A stretch of DNA of 64,000 bases, from the NCBI GenBank assembly GCA_051362555.1, contig CM120640.1:30213967-30277966 (forward strand). The letters run 5' to 3'. Each line of letters begins with the position of its first letter. Position 1 is the stretch's first letter. The DNA comes from Lingula anatina (Eukaryota > Animalia > Brachiopoda). Shown here piece after piece: positions 22,700 through 35,544 of this stretch. A program made the translations under genes and the position numbers. The notes below the pieces were generated by a model. That model did not search any database. It was not told the DNA's origin and worked only from the letters and a program-made list of their open reading frames with translations.

Positions 22700-24745
22700 T
22701 CGTCGGGGAGAAACCATCAGGCTCGACCGGGATTCGAACCCGGGACTTTCGCAAACCATGCGACAGTTCTAACCAACTGAGCTACCGAGCCCGGGTCAAC
22801 CTTGCTTGTCCTCTACCCGTAGCTATGATCCAGGCTCATCTTGACATGAGCTCTCCTAGAAGTGGAGGTAAGAAAGAGGGGTGAATTGGTTCCAGGTAAA
22901 TTGCGCCATGGCACACCACGTCGGCGCTTTTTGTCTTAACAAATTTGAATTTAGAAGCTATGAAATGCTCGTTAGATTTGTCAGGTAAGTTCAACAGTCA
23001 TTCATATTGTCTTTATTATCGTAAACAGTTGGTCTAATGTCTATTTTGGAAGAAAACACCAGGCACGATCGGGATTCGAACCCGGGACTTTCGCAAACCA
23101 TGCGACAGTTCTAACCAACTGAGCTACCGAGCCCAGTCCAACCTTGCTTGTCCTCTACCTGTACCTGTCAAGAAATGATCCAGGCTCATCTTGACATGAG
23201 CTCTCCTAGAAGTGGAGGTAAGAAAGAGGGGTGAATTGGATTGGTTCCAGGTAAATTGCGCCATGGCACACCACGTCGGCGCTGTTTATCTTAACATTTT
23301 TGATTTCAGAAACTATGAAATGCTCGTAAGACAGTCATTCATATTGTCTTTATTATCGTAAACAGTTGGTCTAATGTCTATTTTGGAGAAGAAAATACCA
23401 GGCTCGACCGGGATTCGAACCCGGGACTTTCGCAAACCATGCGACTGCTCTAACCAACTGAGCTACCGAGCCCGGGTCAACCTTGCTTGTCCTCTACCTG
23501 TACCTGTCAAGAAATGATCCAGGCTCATCTTGACATGAGCTCTCCTAGAAGTGGAGGTAAGAAAGAGGGATGAATTGGTTCCAGGTAAATTGCGCCATGG
23601 CACACCACGTCGGCGCTGTTTATCTTAACAGTTTTGATTTTAGAAACTATGAAATGCTCGTTAGATTTGGCAGGTAAGTTCAACAGTCATTCATATTGTC
23701 TTTATTATCGTAAACAGCTGGTCTAATGTCTATTTTGGAGAAGAAAACACCAGGCTCGATCGGGATTCGAACCCGGGACTTTCGCAAACCATCCGACTGT
23801 TCTAACCAACTGAGCTACCGAGCCTCTGTCCATCTTGCTTGTCCACTACAGGTACCGGTCAAGAAATGATCCAGGCTCATCTTGACATGAGCTCTTGTAG
23901 ATGTGGAGGTAAGAAAGAGGGGTGAATTGGTTCCAGGTAAATTGCGTCATGGCACACCACGTCGGCGCTGTTTGTCTTAACAGTTTTGATTTCAGAAACT
24001 ATGAAATGCTTGTTAGATTTGTCAGGTAAGTTCAACAGTCATTCATATTGTCTTTATCATCGTAAACAGTTGGTCTAATGTCTATTTTGGAGAAGAAAAC
24101 ACCAGGCTCGATCGGGATTCGAACCCGGGACTTTCGCAAACCATCCGACTGTTCTAACCAACTGAGCTACCGAGGCTGGGTCCATCTTGCTTGTCCACTA
24201 CAGGTACCTGTCAAGAAATGATCCAGGCTCATCTTGACATGAGCTCTTGTAGATGTGGAGGTAAGAAAGAGGGGTGAATTGGGTCCAGGTAAATTGCGCC
24301 ATGGCACACCACGTCGGCGCTGTTTGTCTTAACAGTTTTGATTTCAGAAACTATAAAATGCTTGTTAGATTTGTCAGGTAAGTTCAACAGTCATTCATAT
24401 TGTCTTTATCATCGTAAACAGTTGGTCTAATGTCTATTTTGGAGAAGAAAACACCAGGCTCGATCGGGATTCGAACCCGGGACTTTCGCAAACCATCCGA
24501 CTGTTCTAACCAACTGAGCTACCGAGGCTGGGTCCATCTTGCTTGTCCACTACAGGTACCTGTCAAGAAATGATCCAGGCTCATCTTGACATGAGCTCTT
24601 GTAGATGTGGAGGTAAGAAAGAGGGGTGAATTGGTTCCAGGTAAATTGCGCCATGGCACACCACGTCGGCGCTGTTTGTCTTAACAGTTTTGATTTCAGA
24701 AACTATGAAATGCTTGTTTGATTTGTCAGGTAAGCTCAATAGTTT
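22700..24745 (-). repeat. Mirror tandem array of six ~340-352-bp units with tRNA-like heads
   Basis: Heads at 22719-22791, 23061-23133, 23400-23472, 23752-23824, 24104-24176, 24456-24528, all on the minus strand. Confidence 0.95.
22719..22791 (-). ncRNA. tRNA-like Pol III cassette R1 (best-folding variant; representative of six right-arm copies)
   Basis: GGCTCGG TA GCTC AGTTGGTTA GAAC T GTCGC ATGGTTT GCGAA AGTC CCGGG TTCGAAT CCCGG TCGAGCC T; 73 nt with a non-canonical anticodon loop. Confidence 0.7.
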
Positions 24746-25263
24746 TCAAATTGGCCTTAATCCCCTTTAAAGTACCTTAAAATTGTCATAATATTCCTTT
24801 CTAATGTAAACGGTTTGTCTTATGTCTCTTTGGAGGGAGAAAACACCAGGTTTGCTCGGGATTCTAACCTGGGACTGTCAAGAAAATGCCCTTTACATTT
24901 CCTTAAAATTGTCATAATAGTCCTTTCTATCTTAAACGGTTGGTCTAATGTCTCTTTGGGGGGACAGGCTCGACTGGGATTGGAACACGCTGTTTACCTT
25001 AACAGGTTTGAGTTTGGAAAAAAGACTGGACTTATGCTTTGTAATGCCGTTTTTCTCCCAGCCTAGTGATTGGTCCAGCTCAACTACCACAATCAGAAAG
25101 TCTATGCTGTCGAAATTGGCTATAGTACTTTAAACATACTGGAATTGATCCGAACTAGTACAATCGGTGTGTCGCGATTGGTCTAGCTCAACTACCACAA
25201 TTGGAAAGTCGAAGATGTTAAAATTGGCTCTAGCCCCTGTAACGGCTGCCGGGTGTTGGCCCT

Positions 25264-25332
25264 GGCTGGGTAGCTCAGTTGGTAGAGCAGTTGGACAGTG
25301 AGCAAGAGTCCGTGCGAATCCCAGGGGGAGCC
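25264..25332 (+). pseudogene. Degenerate outward-facing tRNA-like head (deleted mirror ~13225-13275 on minus strand)
   Basis: ggctgggTAGCTCAGTTGGTAGAGCag...cgaatccc...gagcc followed by gttttt; B box broken. Confidence 0.55.
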
Positions 25333-26003
25333 TGCAGTTTTTCTCCCAGCCTAGCGATTGGTCCAGCTCAACTACAACAATTGAAAAATCGATGCTGTCG
25401 AAATTCGGCTCTAGTACTTTAAACATACTGGAATTAGTCAGCACTACAACAATCGGTGTCTCACAATTTGTGTAGCTCAACCACCACAATTGGAAAGTCG
25501 AAGATGTTAAAATTGGCTCTACCCAGCAGGCATAGGCACATTGGATCATTGTTGAAAACAGGTTGATACTTTGAATTGCTGTTGATCTACCTAAATTCAA
25601 CGTAAAATCAACATCAAACAGCCACATCAAAAAACCGTCATAATGTGACATTGACTCAACATGGTATATTGGTAATTGACACAACCATGCAGTTATGGAT
25701 TGTAATTTAAAATATTAATTATTGAAAACGTGATACTTTGTTTATCAATACTGTAACTATATAAATTTATCAAAATAATAACAAAAGGGTTTTAAAGTAA
25801 AAGTGACAGTTGTTTTGTGTCTTTAGTGAACTAGTGAATTTTCTTAACTTGTTATTCAAAAATACATTCCAATAAACTGAATTCCTTGTAAGGTCAGCAT
25901 CAGGATGAATAAGTTGCTGTAAATGTAATGGAGTTATGTTAATAAAGTTACCAGTTCTTGGTAACCTGTTATAGATAGACAGGTTGAGGTGACTGTTACT
26001 TTG

Positions 26004-26063
<60 letters not shown>

Positions 26064-26913
26064 ATCACTGTGATGTGTCTATGTTGTAACTGCTGTATAT
26101 GTCTCCACATATTCTTAATTAATGATGTGTTCTCTGATTTCAGCAGAGATGAAGGTGTATCTGCTTGACTATCATCATACTTAGGATATCTAAACTCTTC
26201 ATCACATCAGGACCACAACATCGCAGCCTCAGCACAGGTCAGTGCAATAATGATATTGCTATACTTTGTTGTTCTCTTTTGACCAGCACCACTATATATA
26301 TTATCTTGGTAATTATCATTTTGTAAAAGGGTCACTTAGGTCCTACTCAGTTTTAGTACAATCGGTGTGTCGCGATTGGTCTAGCTCAACCACCACAATT
26401 GGAAAGTCGAAGATGTTAAAATTGGCTCTACCCAGTAGGCATAGTCGCGTTGGATCAACGTTGAAAACAGGTTGATACGTTGAATTGCTGTTGTTCTACC
26501 TAAATTCAATGTAAAATCAACATTGATCCAGCCACATCAAAACACCGTCATAATGTGACATTGACTCAACGTTGTATTTTGGTAATTGACACAACCTTGC
26601 AGTTATGGATTGTAATTTAAAATATTAATTATTGAAAACGTGATACTTTGTTTATCAATACTGTAACTATATAAATTTATCAAAATAATAACAAAAGGGT
26701 TTTAAAGTAAAAGTGACAGTTGTTTTGTGTCTTTAGTGAACTAGTGAATTTTCTTAACTTGTTATTCAGAAATACATTCCAATAAACTGAATTCCTTGCA
26801 AGGTCAGCATCAGGATGAATAAGTTGCTGTAAATGTGATGGAGTTACGTTAGTAAAGTTACCAGTTCTTGGTAACCTGTTATAGATAGACAGGTTGAGGT
26901 GACTGTTACTTTG

Positions 26914-26972
<59 letters not shown>

Positions 26973-27811
26973 ATGATCACTGTGATTTGTCTATGTTGTA
27001 ACTGCTGTATATGTCTCCATATATTCTAAATTAATGATGTGTTCTCTGATTTCAGCAGAGATGAAGGTGTATCTGCTTGATTATCATCATACTTAGGACA
27101 TCTAAACTCTTCATCACATCAGGACCACAACATCGCAGCCTCAGCACAGGTCAGTGCAATAATGATATTGCTATACTTTGTTGTTCTCTTTTGACCAGCA
27201 CCACTATATATATTATCTTGGTAATTATCATTTTGTAAAAGGGTCACTTAGGTCCTACTCAGTTTTAGTACAATCGGTGTGTCACGATTGGTCTAGCTCA
27301 ACCACCACAAATGGAAAGTCGACGATGTTAAAATTGGCTCTACCCAGCAGGCATAGTCGTGTTGGATCAACGTTGAAAACAGGTTGATACGTTGAATTGC
27401 TTTTGATCTACCTAAATTCAATGTAAAATCAACGTTGATCCAGCCATGTCAAAACACCGTCATAATGTGACATTGACTCAATGTTGTATTTTGGTAATTG
27501 ACCCAACCTTGAAGTTATGGATTGTAATTTAAAATATTAATTATTGAAAACGTGATACTTTGTTTATCAATACTGTAACTAAATTTATCAAAATAATAAC
27601 AAAAGGGTTTTAAAGTAAAGGTGACAGTTGTTTTGTGTCTTTAGTGAACTAGTGAATTTTCTTAACTTGTTATTCAGAAATACATTCCAATAAACTGAAT
27701 TCCTTGCAAGGTCAGCATCAGGATGAATAAGTTGCTGTAAATGTGATGGAGTTACGTTAGTAAAGTTACCAGTTCTTGATAGATAGACAGGTTGAGGTGA
27801 CTGTTACTTTG

Positions 27812-27868
<57 letters not shown>

Positions 27869-28713
27869 ATGATCACTGTGATTTGTCTATGTTGTAACTG
27901 CTGTATATGTCTCCATATATTCTAAATTAATGATGTGTTCTCTGATTTCAGCAGAGATGAAGGTGTATCTGCTTGATTATCATCATACTTAGGACATCTA
28001 AACTCTTCATCACATCAGGACCACAACATCGCAGCCTCAGCACAGGTCAGTGCAATAATGATATTGCTATACTTTGTTGTTCTCTTTTGACCAGCACCAC
28101 TATATATATTATCTTGGTAATTATCATTTTGTAAAAGGGTCACTTAGGTCCTACTCAGTTTTAGTACAATCGGTGTGTCACGATTGGTCTAGCTCAACCA
28201 CCACAAATGGAAAGTCGACGATGTTAAAATTGGCTCTACCCAGCAGGCATAGTCGTGTTGGATCAACGTTGAAAACAGGTTGATACGTTGAATTGCTTTT
28301 GATCTACCTAAATTCAATGTAAAATCAACGTTGATCCAGCCATGTCAAAACACCGTCATAATGTGACATTGACTCAATGTTGTATTTTGGTAATTGACCC
28401 AACCTTGAAGTTATGGATTGTAATTTAAAATATTAATTATTGAAAACGTGATACTTTGTTTATCAATACTGTAACTAAATTTATCAAAATAATAACAAAA
28501 GGGTTTTAAAGTAAAGGTGACAGTTGTTTTGTGTCTTTAGTGAACTAGTGAATTTTCTTAACTTGTTATTCAGAAATACATTCCAATAAACTGAATTCCT
28601 TGCAAGGTCAGCATCAGGATGAATAAGTTGCTGTAAATGTGATGGAGTTACGTTAGTAAAGTTACCAGTTCTTGGTAACCTGTTATAGATAGGTTGAGGT
28701 GACTGTTACTTTG

Positions 28714-28755
<42 letters not shown>

Positions 28756-29595
28756 ATCACTGTGATGTGTCTATGTTGTAACTGCTGTATGTCTCCACAT
28801 ATTCTTAATTAATGATGTGTTCTCTGATTTCAGCAGAGATGATGGTGTATCTGCTTGATTATCATCATACTTAGGATATCTAAACTCTTCATCACATCAG
28901 GACCACAACATCGCAGCCTCAGCACAGGTCAGTGCAATAATGATATTGCTATACTTTGTTGTTCTCTTTTGACCAGCACCACTATATATATATATTATCT
29001 TGGTAATTATCATTTTGTAAAAGGGTCACTTAGGTCCTACTCAGTTTTAGTACAATCGGTGTGTCGCGATTGGTCTAGCTCAACCACCACAAATGGAAAG
29101 TCGACGATGTTAAAATTGGCTCTACCCAGCAGGCATAGTCGTGTTGGATCAACGTTGAAAACAGGTTGATACTTTGAATTGCTGTTGTTCTACCTAAATT
29201 CAATGTAAAATCAACGTTGATCCAGCCATGTCAAAACACCGTCATAATGAGACATTGACTCAACGTTGTATTTTGGTAATTGACACAACCTTGCAGTTAT
29301 GGATTGTAATTTAAAATATTAATTATTGAAAACGTGATACTTTGTTTATCAATACTGTAACTAAATTTATCAAAATAATAACAAAAGGGTTTTAAAGTAA
29401 AGGTGACAGTTGTTTTGTGTCTTTAGTGAACTAGTGAATTTTCTTAACTTGTTATTCAGAAATACATTCCAATAAACTGAATTCCTTGCAAGGTCAGCAT
29501 CAGAATGAATAAGTTGCTGTAAATGTAATGGAGTTATGTTAATAAAGTTACCAGTTCTTGGTAACCTGTTATAGATAGACAGGTTGAGATGACTG

Positions 29596-29642
<47 letters not shown>

Positions 29643-29645
<3 letters not shown>

Positions 29646-31301
29646 GGTTACCACTTAATATGGAATATTATTTTTTGGCGAATAAATTTTCTACAAAATA
29701 TTTAATTTCTCTCTAACTACTTTAAATCCAAAGCTGAGGTGTCACTCCATGTGTAGCCAGATGTGTTACCTAATTACCACACAACTCTCGAAACAATTGA
29801 TGCTTGCAGTTGCAGTGTCTGTGGTCAGAAATGTGAGTGGTGGTCTTTTCGGCAATTTCTGCCCTTGTATAAAAACGCATGGGTTTGGTCAATCTTTGGA
29901 GCGTGTTTAGAGAAGCAACAAAGGGATCGCTCTGAAACTTGAGAGGTACCTTAATGAAGATATGGTACGACAGCAAAGCAACGCAGCTTACTATGGGATT
30001 CTTGCTCTCAGAGAAAATGGCCAGAAACGGACAGCCATTGCCAGGTAATTCAACATTTATCAGGAACCGTTTGTGAAGTCCTCCAAAGAAATGCTGCTAC
30101 AGGGGCACCTACTCCAATACCTCGACCAAGGTGTCCGCGTATCACACCAAGAAGACAGGGTCGCCTTCTCCTTAGTGGACGCCGTGCTGGTCGTACAAAG
30201 ACAGCCAGTGTCCTCAGAAAAGAGAGGCAGAATGTCATTCAAACGCCCGTTTCAAGGTCTCACGTGAACAAGAGATTTCTGCAAGCCGGTTATTTTGCAC
30301 GAAGGCCAGTAGGGAAACCACTGTTAACAGCAGGTCATATACAGCGACGTCTGCAAAGGGCTGGGGACCACGTGCGTTTGCAGCCAAAACACTGGAATCA
30401 CGTTATTTTCAGTGATAAGGCCAGATATGGATTTTTTAGGGTTGGTCGTCGAATCCGTGTCCACCGACGTGTACGAGGGGCATAAAACAATGATTGTGCA
30501 CTGCCTAGGGTGCAAGCAGGGGATGGTAACGTCTCTGTTTGGGGAACATTTCATGTCGGTGCCCAGAACCAGTTGGTTTTTCTAGGAGGCAACCTCATCC
30601 AGGATTCCTACAGAGACATTCTACAGCAAACAATGCTTCGATTGGTAAGATTCATCTTCAGGAACAACTTTGTGTACCAAGACGACTGCGCAACCCCACA
30701 TCGAGGCCGCAGAATAACTGTTTTTCTTCAAAACCAATGGGTTCAGCAACTGCCCTGGCCTGCAAACTCTCCAGATATGAACCCAATTGAAAATCTGTGG
30801 GCGGAAGTAACTCACAGAATTAATAGCTATGGTCCTCGGCCGGTAAATAGTGATGAACTGCGACAGGCAAATATCACTGCGTGGAATGATATCCCCACCC
30901 AAACTCTAAAAAACGTGTCACAGGATATGCCATGTAGGATGAGGCCGCTGCAAGCGGCTGCTGGAGGTCATACCCGCAATTACTGACTTTTCATGATTTA
31001 CTGTAGTGAGTTCTTTGACTGTGTAACATATCACTGTCCGGAGGCTATCATTTTCTTTAATATCTTATCTTAAAGTTTATACTGACATCAAACTGTTGAT
31101 ATGGTTTTCTGGGGGTGTTCCTTTCTTTTGAATGGCATCTTATGTCAGATTTAATATTATTGACCAAAATATCTCACAACAGAAGACTGGATGTTATTAT
31201 TACTCAGTGACATACTTTTTTAATGACTCAAGCCAAAAAAATTTAATCAGCACTGTAAAATAACAATGATAAAAAATATTCCATATTAAGTAGCAACCCT
31301 G
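29643..31301 (+). mobile_element. Tc1-family DNA transposon copy 2 (1659 bp) inserted in a (TA)n tract
   Basis: Same TIRs as copy 1; (TA)n on both flanks; satellite unit continues on either side. Confidence 0.97.
29962..30986 (+). pseudogene. Tc1 DD34E transposase pseudogene
   Basis: MVRQQSNAAYYGILALRENGQKRTAIAR*..., VIFSDK, in-frame TAA at 30483-30485, YQDDCATPH, WPANSPDMNPIENLW. Confidence 0.93.
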
Positions 31302-33550
31302 TATATATATATATATATATTGATCACTGTGATGTGTCTATGTTGTAACTGCTGTATATGTCTCCACATATTCTTAATTAATGATGTGTTCTCTGATTTC
31401 AGCAGAGATGAAGGTGTATCTGCTTGATTATCATCATACTTAGGACGTCTAAACTCTTCATCACATCAGGACCACAAAATCGCAGCCTCAGCACAGGTCA
31501 GTGCAAAAATGATATTGCTATACTTTGTTGTTCTCTTCAATCCCCTTTTGATCCTTACCACTTTATATAGTTCCTGGGAAATTATCTTTTTAAAAGGGTC
31601 ACTTGAGGACAGTCCTGCAGATATTTGGATTGATCTATCTCCCTGGGGAGTCTTACTAAATTGCTGTCAACTTAACCGTCTTAAATGTCTGTCATGCTTA
31701 GTAAAGCTGTAAGGGGGTAATTATCTTTACCCCCTAGTTGGTTTGATATAACTGGCTGACAGTTAAGTCGATAAAGTTGATAGCAATTTAGTGAGACTCC
31801 TTAGGGAGTTAGACCAATCCAGATGGATTGATCAAGGTATGGGAACTTAGGGTGCTTTCCCAGAGATTTAGATCGATCTAAGGATTAAGATTTAGATCGA
31901 CCTAACTCCCTGGGGGTTCACGCTAAATTGCAGTCAGCCGAGCGGGCACCATAATTAATTACCCCTTTACAGCTTTTAGTAGGAGGGGACAGACGCTTAA
32001 GCCGGCCAAGCTGACAGTAATCTAGTGAGACTCCCCACAGGGATAGATCGATCTAAAAATCTATGGAAATGGGGTGTTAGTCTTAGATCCCACACAGTTT
32101 TATATATGTTCAAATTGACAAGGGTTGATATGAACTCGTTGGGGTTGAGGTGGGAAGGCGCTGAGAAAAATCTGTATATAGATAAAATTTCTTGCAAATT
32201 TTCATTTTTAAAAGGGTCACTTAAATCCCACAGAGTCTTATATATGTTCAGAGTGAAAAGGGTTAATATGAACTAGTGGGTGTGAACAAGAATTTCTGGC
32301 AGTCATTCCAATTCCTATAAATAAAGATTAAATTTAATGTTTGTATTCTCATGCCTCACAGTGCATTGTCTTTTGCGATACTCTGTGTGTTTGTATATAT
32401 TCTGCTTACTGTATATGTCTGTTTTGTCACTGAAAGTCAAAATACATTTTGATCTTTGTATTACATCTGTGTTATATATACTGTATGTGCCTGTGTATGT
32501 TATATATTGATGGTTTCTTCTCTAATTTCAGCAGAGATGAAGGTATGTCTCTTGGATTATCATCCAACATACTGAGGACAGCTAATTTAAAAACTCATCA
32601 TCACCAGCAAGATTTACAATGTCACAGCTTCAGCACAGGTCAGTGCATCAATAATATTGCTATACTTTATTGTTCTTTTCAATACCCTTTTGACCCTCAC
32701 AACTAGAAAAAATATCTTGCATACATTCTGAAGTCTGTGTACTGCATGTTGTGATGCTGTATGTGTCTCTATATTGAACTTTAAATTCAATGTTTGTATT
32801 CTCATGCCTCACAGTGCATTGTCTTTTGTGACACTGTGTGTGTCTATATATATTCTGATCACTATCTATGTTTGTTTTGTAAAAGGGTCACTTAGAGATT
32901 TATATATGTTTAGAGTTTAAAAGGTTAATGTGAACTTGTGGATGTAATCAAAATTTTCTGACGGTCATTCCAAACCCTGTATATAAACATTAAATTTTAT
33001 GTTTATATTCTGATGCCTTAGAGTGCATTGAATTTTGTGAGGCTGTATGTGTCTGTATAAATTCTGATCACTATCTATGTTTGTGTTGTGGCTGTATGTG
33101 TTTATATATATTTTGATCACTGTGATGCGTCTATTTTGTAACTGCTGTATATGTCTGCATATATTCTTTTCAGCGGAGATGAAGGTGTGTCTTCTGAATT
33201 ATCATCACACTTAGGACAGCTAAACTCGTCATCACATCAAGATCTCCAGCATCGCAGCCTCACCACAGGTCAGTGCAAAAATGATATTGCTATACTTTGT
33301 TGTTCTCTTCAATCCCCTTTTGATCCTTACCTGATGCACAGCTGATGAGCCACCGTTATACCGACGTCAGGCCAACGGCGTGAAGCAGTCGTTGGCCCGA
33401 CGTCGGGTCACCAGTAGTGGCCCAACGTCAGCCCAACAACGACTGCCGACTGTGACCATGCCGACCAATGCCGACGTCGGCGCGACCACTTATTGCTATC
33501 TGGGAATATTGCTTTACCTGTGTTCGGTGTTCATCATCACTATATATAGT

Positions 33551-33717
33551 CAGGGGCGGATTTAGGCCGTCTTCTGGGTCTTCCGGAAGATGGTCAGATT
33601 TTCAAGTTTACATTGAAGGGTATCTAATTTTTCTGTCGGAAGATGGTCAAAAATGGGGGATGGTGCAACAAAGATAATTTGGAAGACTGTCAGAAAATAT
33701 CTCTGGATCCGCCACTG
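33551..33717. mobile_element. Mirror copy of the 167-bp hAT-like MITE
   Basis: caggggcggattt ... ctggatccgccactg. Confidence 0.65.
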
Positions 33718-35544
33718 ATACTATCTGGGAAATTATCATTTTGTAAAAGGGTCACTTAGAGATTTATATGTGTTATGAGTTAAGAATAATATGTCCAAAA
33801 CTTTCAAATGAGGTCAAACCACTAGCAAGGCAGGAGATAGGACTATCTCAGCCTAGAGAAAGGAAGAGTACCAACCGATAAGGAACTTTGTAATTATGTT
33901 GGCTTGCAGCAAGTGGCAATAATTCCCCGTTGAGCATGAACAGTGTGACAAGCAGGGATTGATTTGCATATTTGTGCACATACCATTGGCTTGACGTCAC
34001 CTCATTTGCATTGCCATTGTGTTTTGCCCTATAATTTCCTCATCAGCCTGTAAGGATGCAAACGTCAGAAAATGATCAATTAGTTGTTACATGACATATA
34101 AGCATAATGAAAAAAGGCTTCAAAATCAACCATCCCCAGGGATAGCCAAACCCTCTGTTGAACTAATTATGAAATGCCCATGCATATCCTTGAGGAAACA
34201 GCTATCATTCACCAAAGTTTCCACTTCTAAAGTCTAATGTTCTAAGAGGAGATCAGGGAAATTATAAGATGAAAAAAATTTTGAACAACTACTTCCCCCC
34301 CCCTCAAGGACATCCCTATGTCCTCTTGAAATAATTCTGAAATGCCAATGCACTTCCCTGATGACAGGTCTAGCAATCACCAAAGTTTCAATTATCTAAC
34401 TCAAATAGTCTAGGAGGAGATAACAGAAATAACGTGAAAAGAATTCAGAATCATCCCCTCCACCCCCCCCCCCCCCAAAGGAGAGCGCAACCCCCTGTTG
34501 CACTAAAATTCTGAAATGCCATCACACATTTTGACTACAGTTTCACCAATCACCAAAGTTTCCAGTTTTTAATAGTCTAGTAGGAGACATTTTTAATATG
34601 ATTTTCATTTTTCTCAAATATATTGTTCTTTTTCCAGGTGACCCTTTCCATACAGCATGGTGGCTTCTTGGGGAACTGACTCTACTTATCTTGTAATGGA
34701 TAATACCTATAGAAAAAGTAGGCAGTGAAAAACAGCAGCAAGAGCAGTGCATTATCTCATCCATGTGTAGAATACATGATATGTGGCAAGATTATAAACG
34801 TCAAATGATGTGCAAAGCCTGATTTTAGACACCCATTACAAGGAGGAATCTGCATCTGGTATTGGTAGTAAGGAGAAATCTTGAATGGGTATATATTGTT
34901 TCCAGATGACAATAATAGGTAATTTGTCTCCTCTTACACAACCAAACTCAAATCATAACATAAAATGCTTCATTTGATACTGAATAATATTATTGTAATA
35001 TTGAAAATTTTATTTTTTGTCATTCTCAATCTTCTCCTATCAATTGCCAATAAATGACGCAGTCAACTGATACACTTTTCTCAGATTATTACAGTTGTTA
35101 AGCTTATTTTTTACAAATTTTACAAACATTGGACTAGATTTGTCAACATCATATACATTTGAATATGTTAAGGTATGGAATTTGCCAGGTATTTTTAGTT
35201 TTCTTAAATATTTTCTGAAAACATCATTTTCATTAGGCACAGTCAACTGATAAGCTGATCTCAGATTATTTCAGTTGTTAAGCATCTTTTGTAGAAATTT
35301 CACGAACATTGGACTAGATTTGTCAAAATTATTAACATAAAAGCCTTTTCTTTCTATGCAATTTTTAGTTTTCTCAAATATATTGTCCGAAAAAATCAAT
35401 TTCATTACACACAGTCAACTGATAAGCTTATGGCTGATTATTTCAGTTGTTAATTATAAGCTTCATTGTGCAAATTTCACAAAGAATTAAGGAAATTTCA
35501 CAAAGTTATTAACATTTAACTATTTTTATATACAGCATCAGCAG

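Larger units (their letters stand above)
25460..31535. repeat. Mirror ~890-910-bp satellite, about 5 units with long (TA)n, interrupted by Tc1 copy 2
   Basis: Repeated ORF at 26266, 27178, 28074, ~28960; (TA)n near 26005, 26915, 27814, 28715 and 29601/31302. Confidence 0.93.
18623..35417 (-). repeat. Right arm of giant inverted repeat
   Basis: Same module order as the left arm, reverse complemented; differs by substitutions, indels and repeat content. Confidence 0.97.

Noticed and set aside
13905-24745. CRISPR array or functional tRNA gene cluster
   Set aside because: Spacers are repeats of each other and no cas genes are present; anticodon arms are mispaired or non-canonical, so decoding tRNAs are unlikely.
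25130-25684. 184-aa ORF with repeated PIVVV motif
   Set aside because: Spans 108-bp repeats, a tRNA-like remnant and a satellite end; not kept open in the mirror arm.
7795-29169. Repeated 69-aa ORF MLFSFDQHH... as a multicopy gene
   Set aside because: TTG start, crosses junctions of unrelated repeat modules, and is frameshifted by (TA) slippage in one copy.
1-35417. Palindrome as a simple fold-back sequencing chimera
   Set aside because: Arms carry private variants, different array structures and non-mirrored Tc1 insertions; a haplotype mis-join is not fully excluded.
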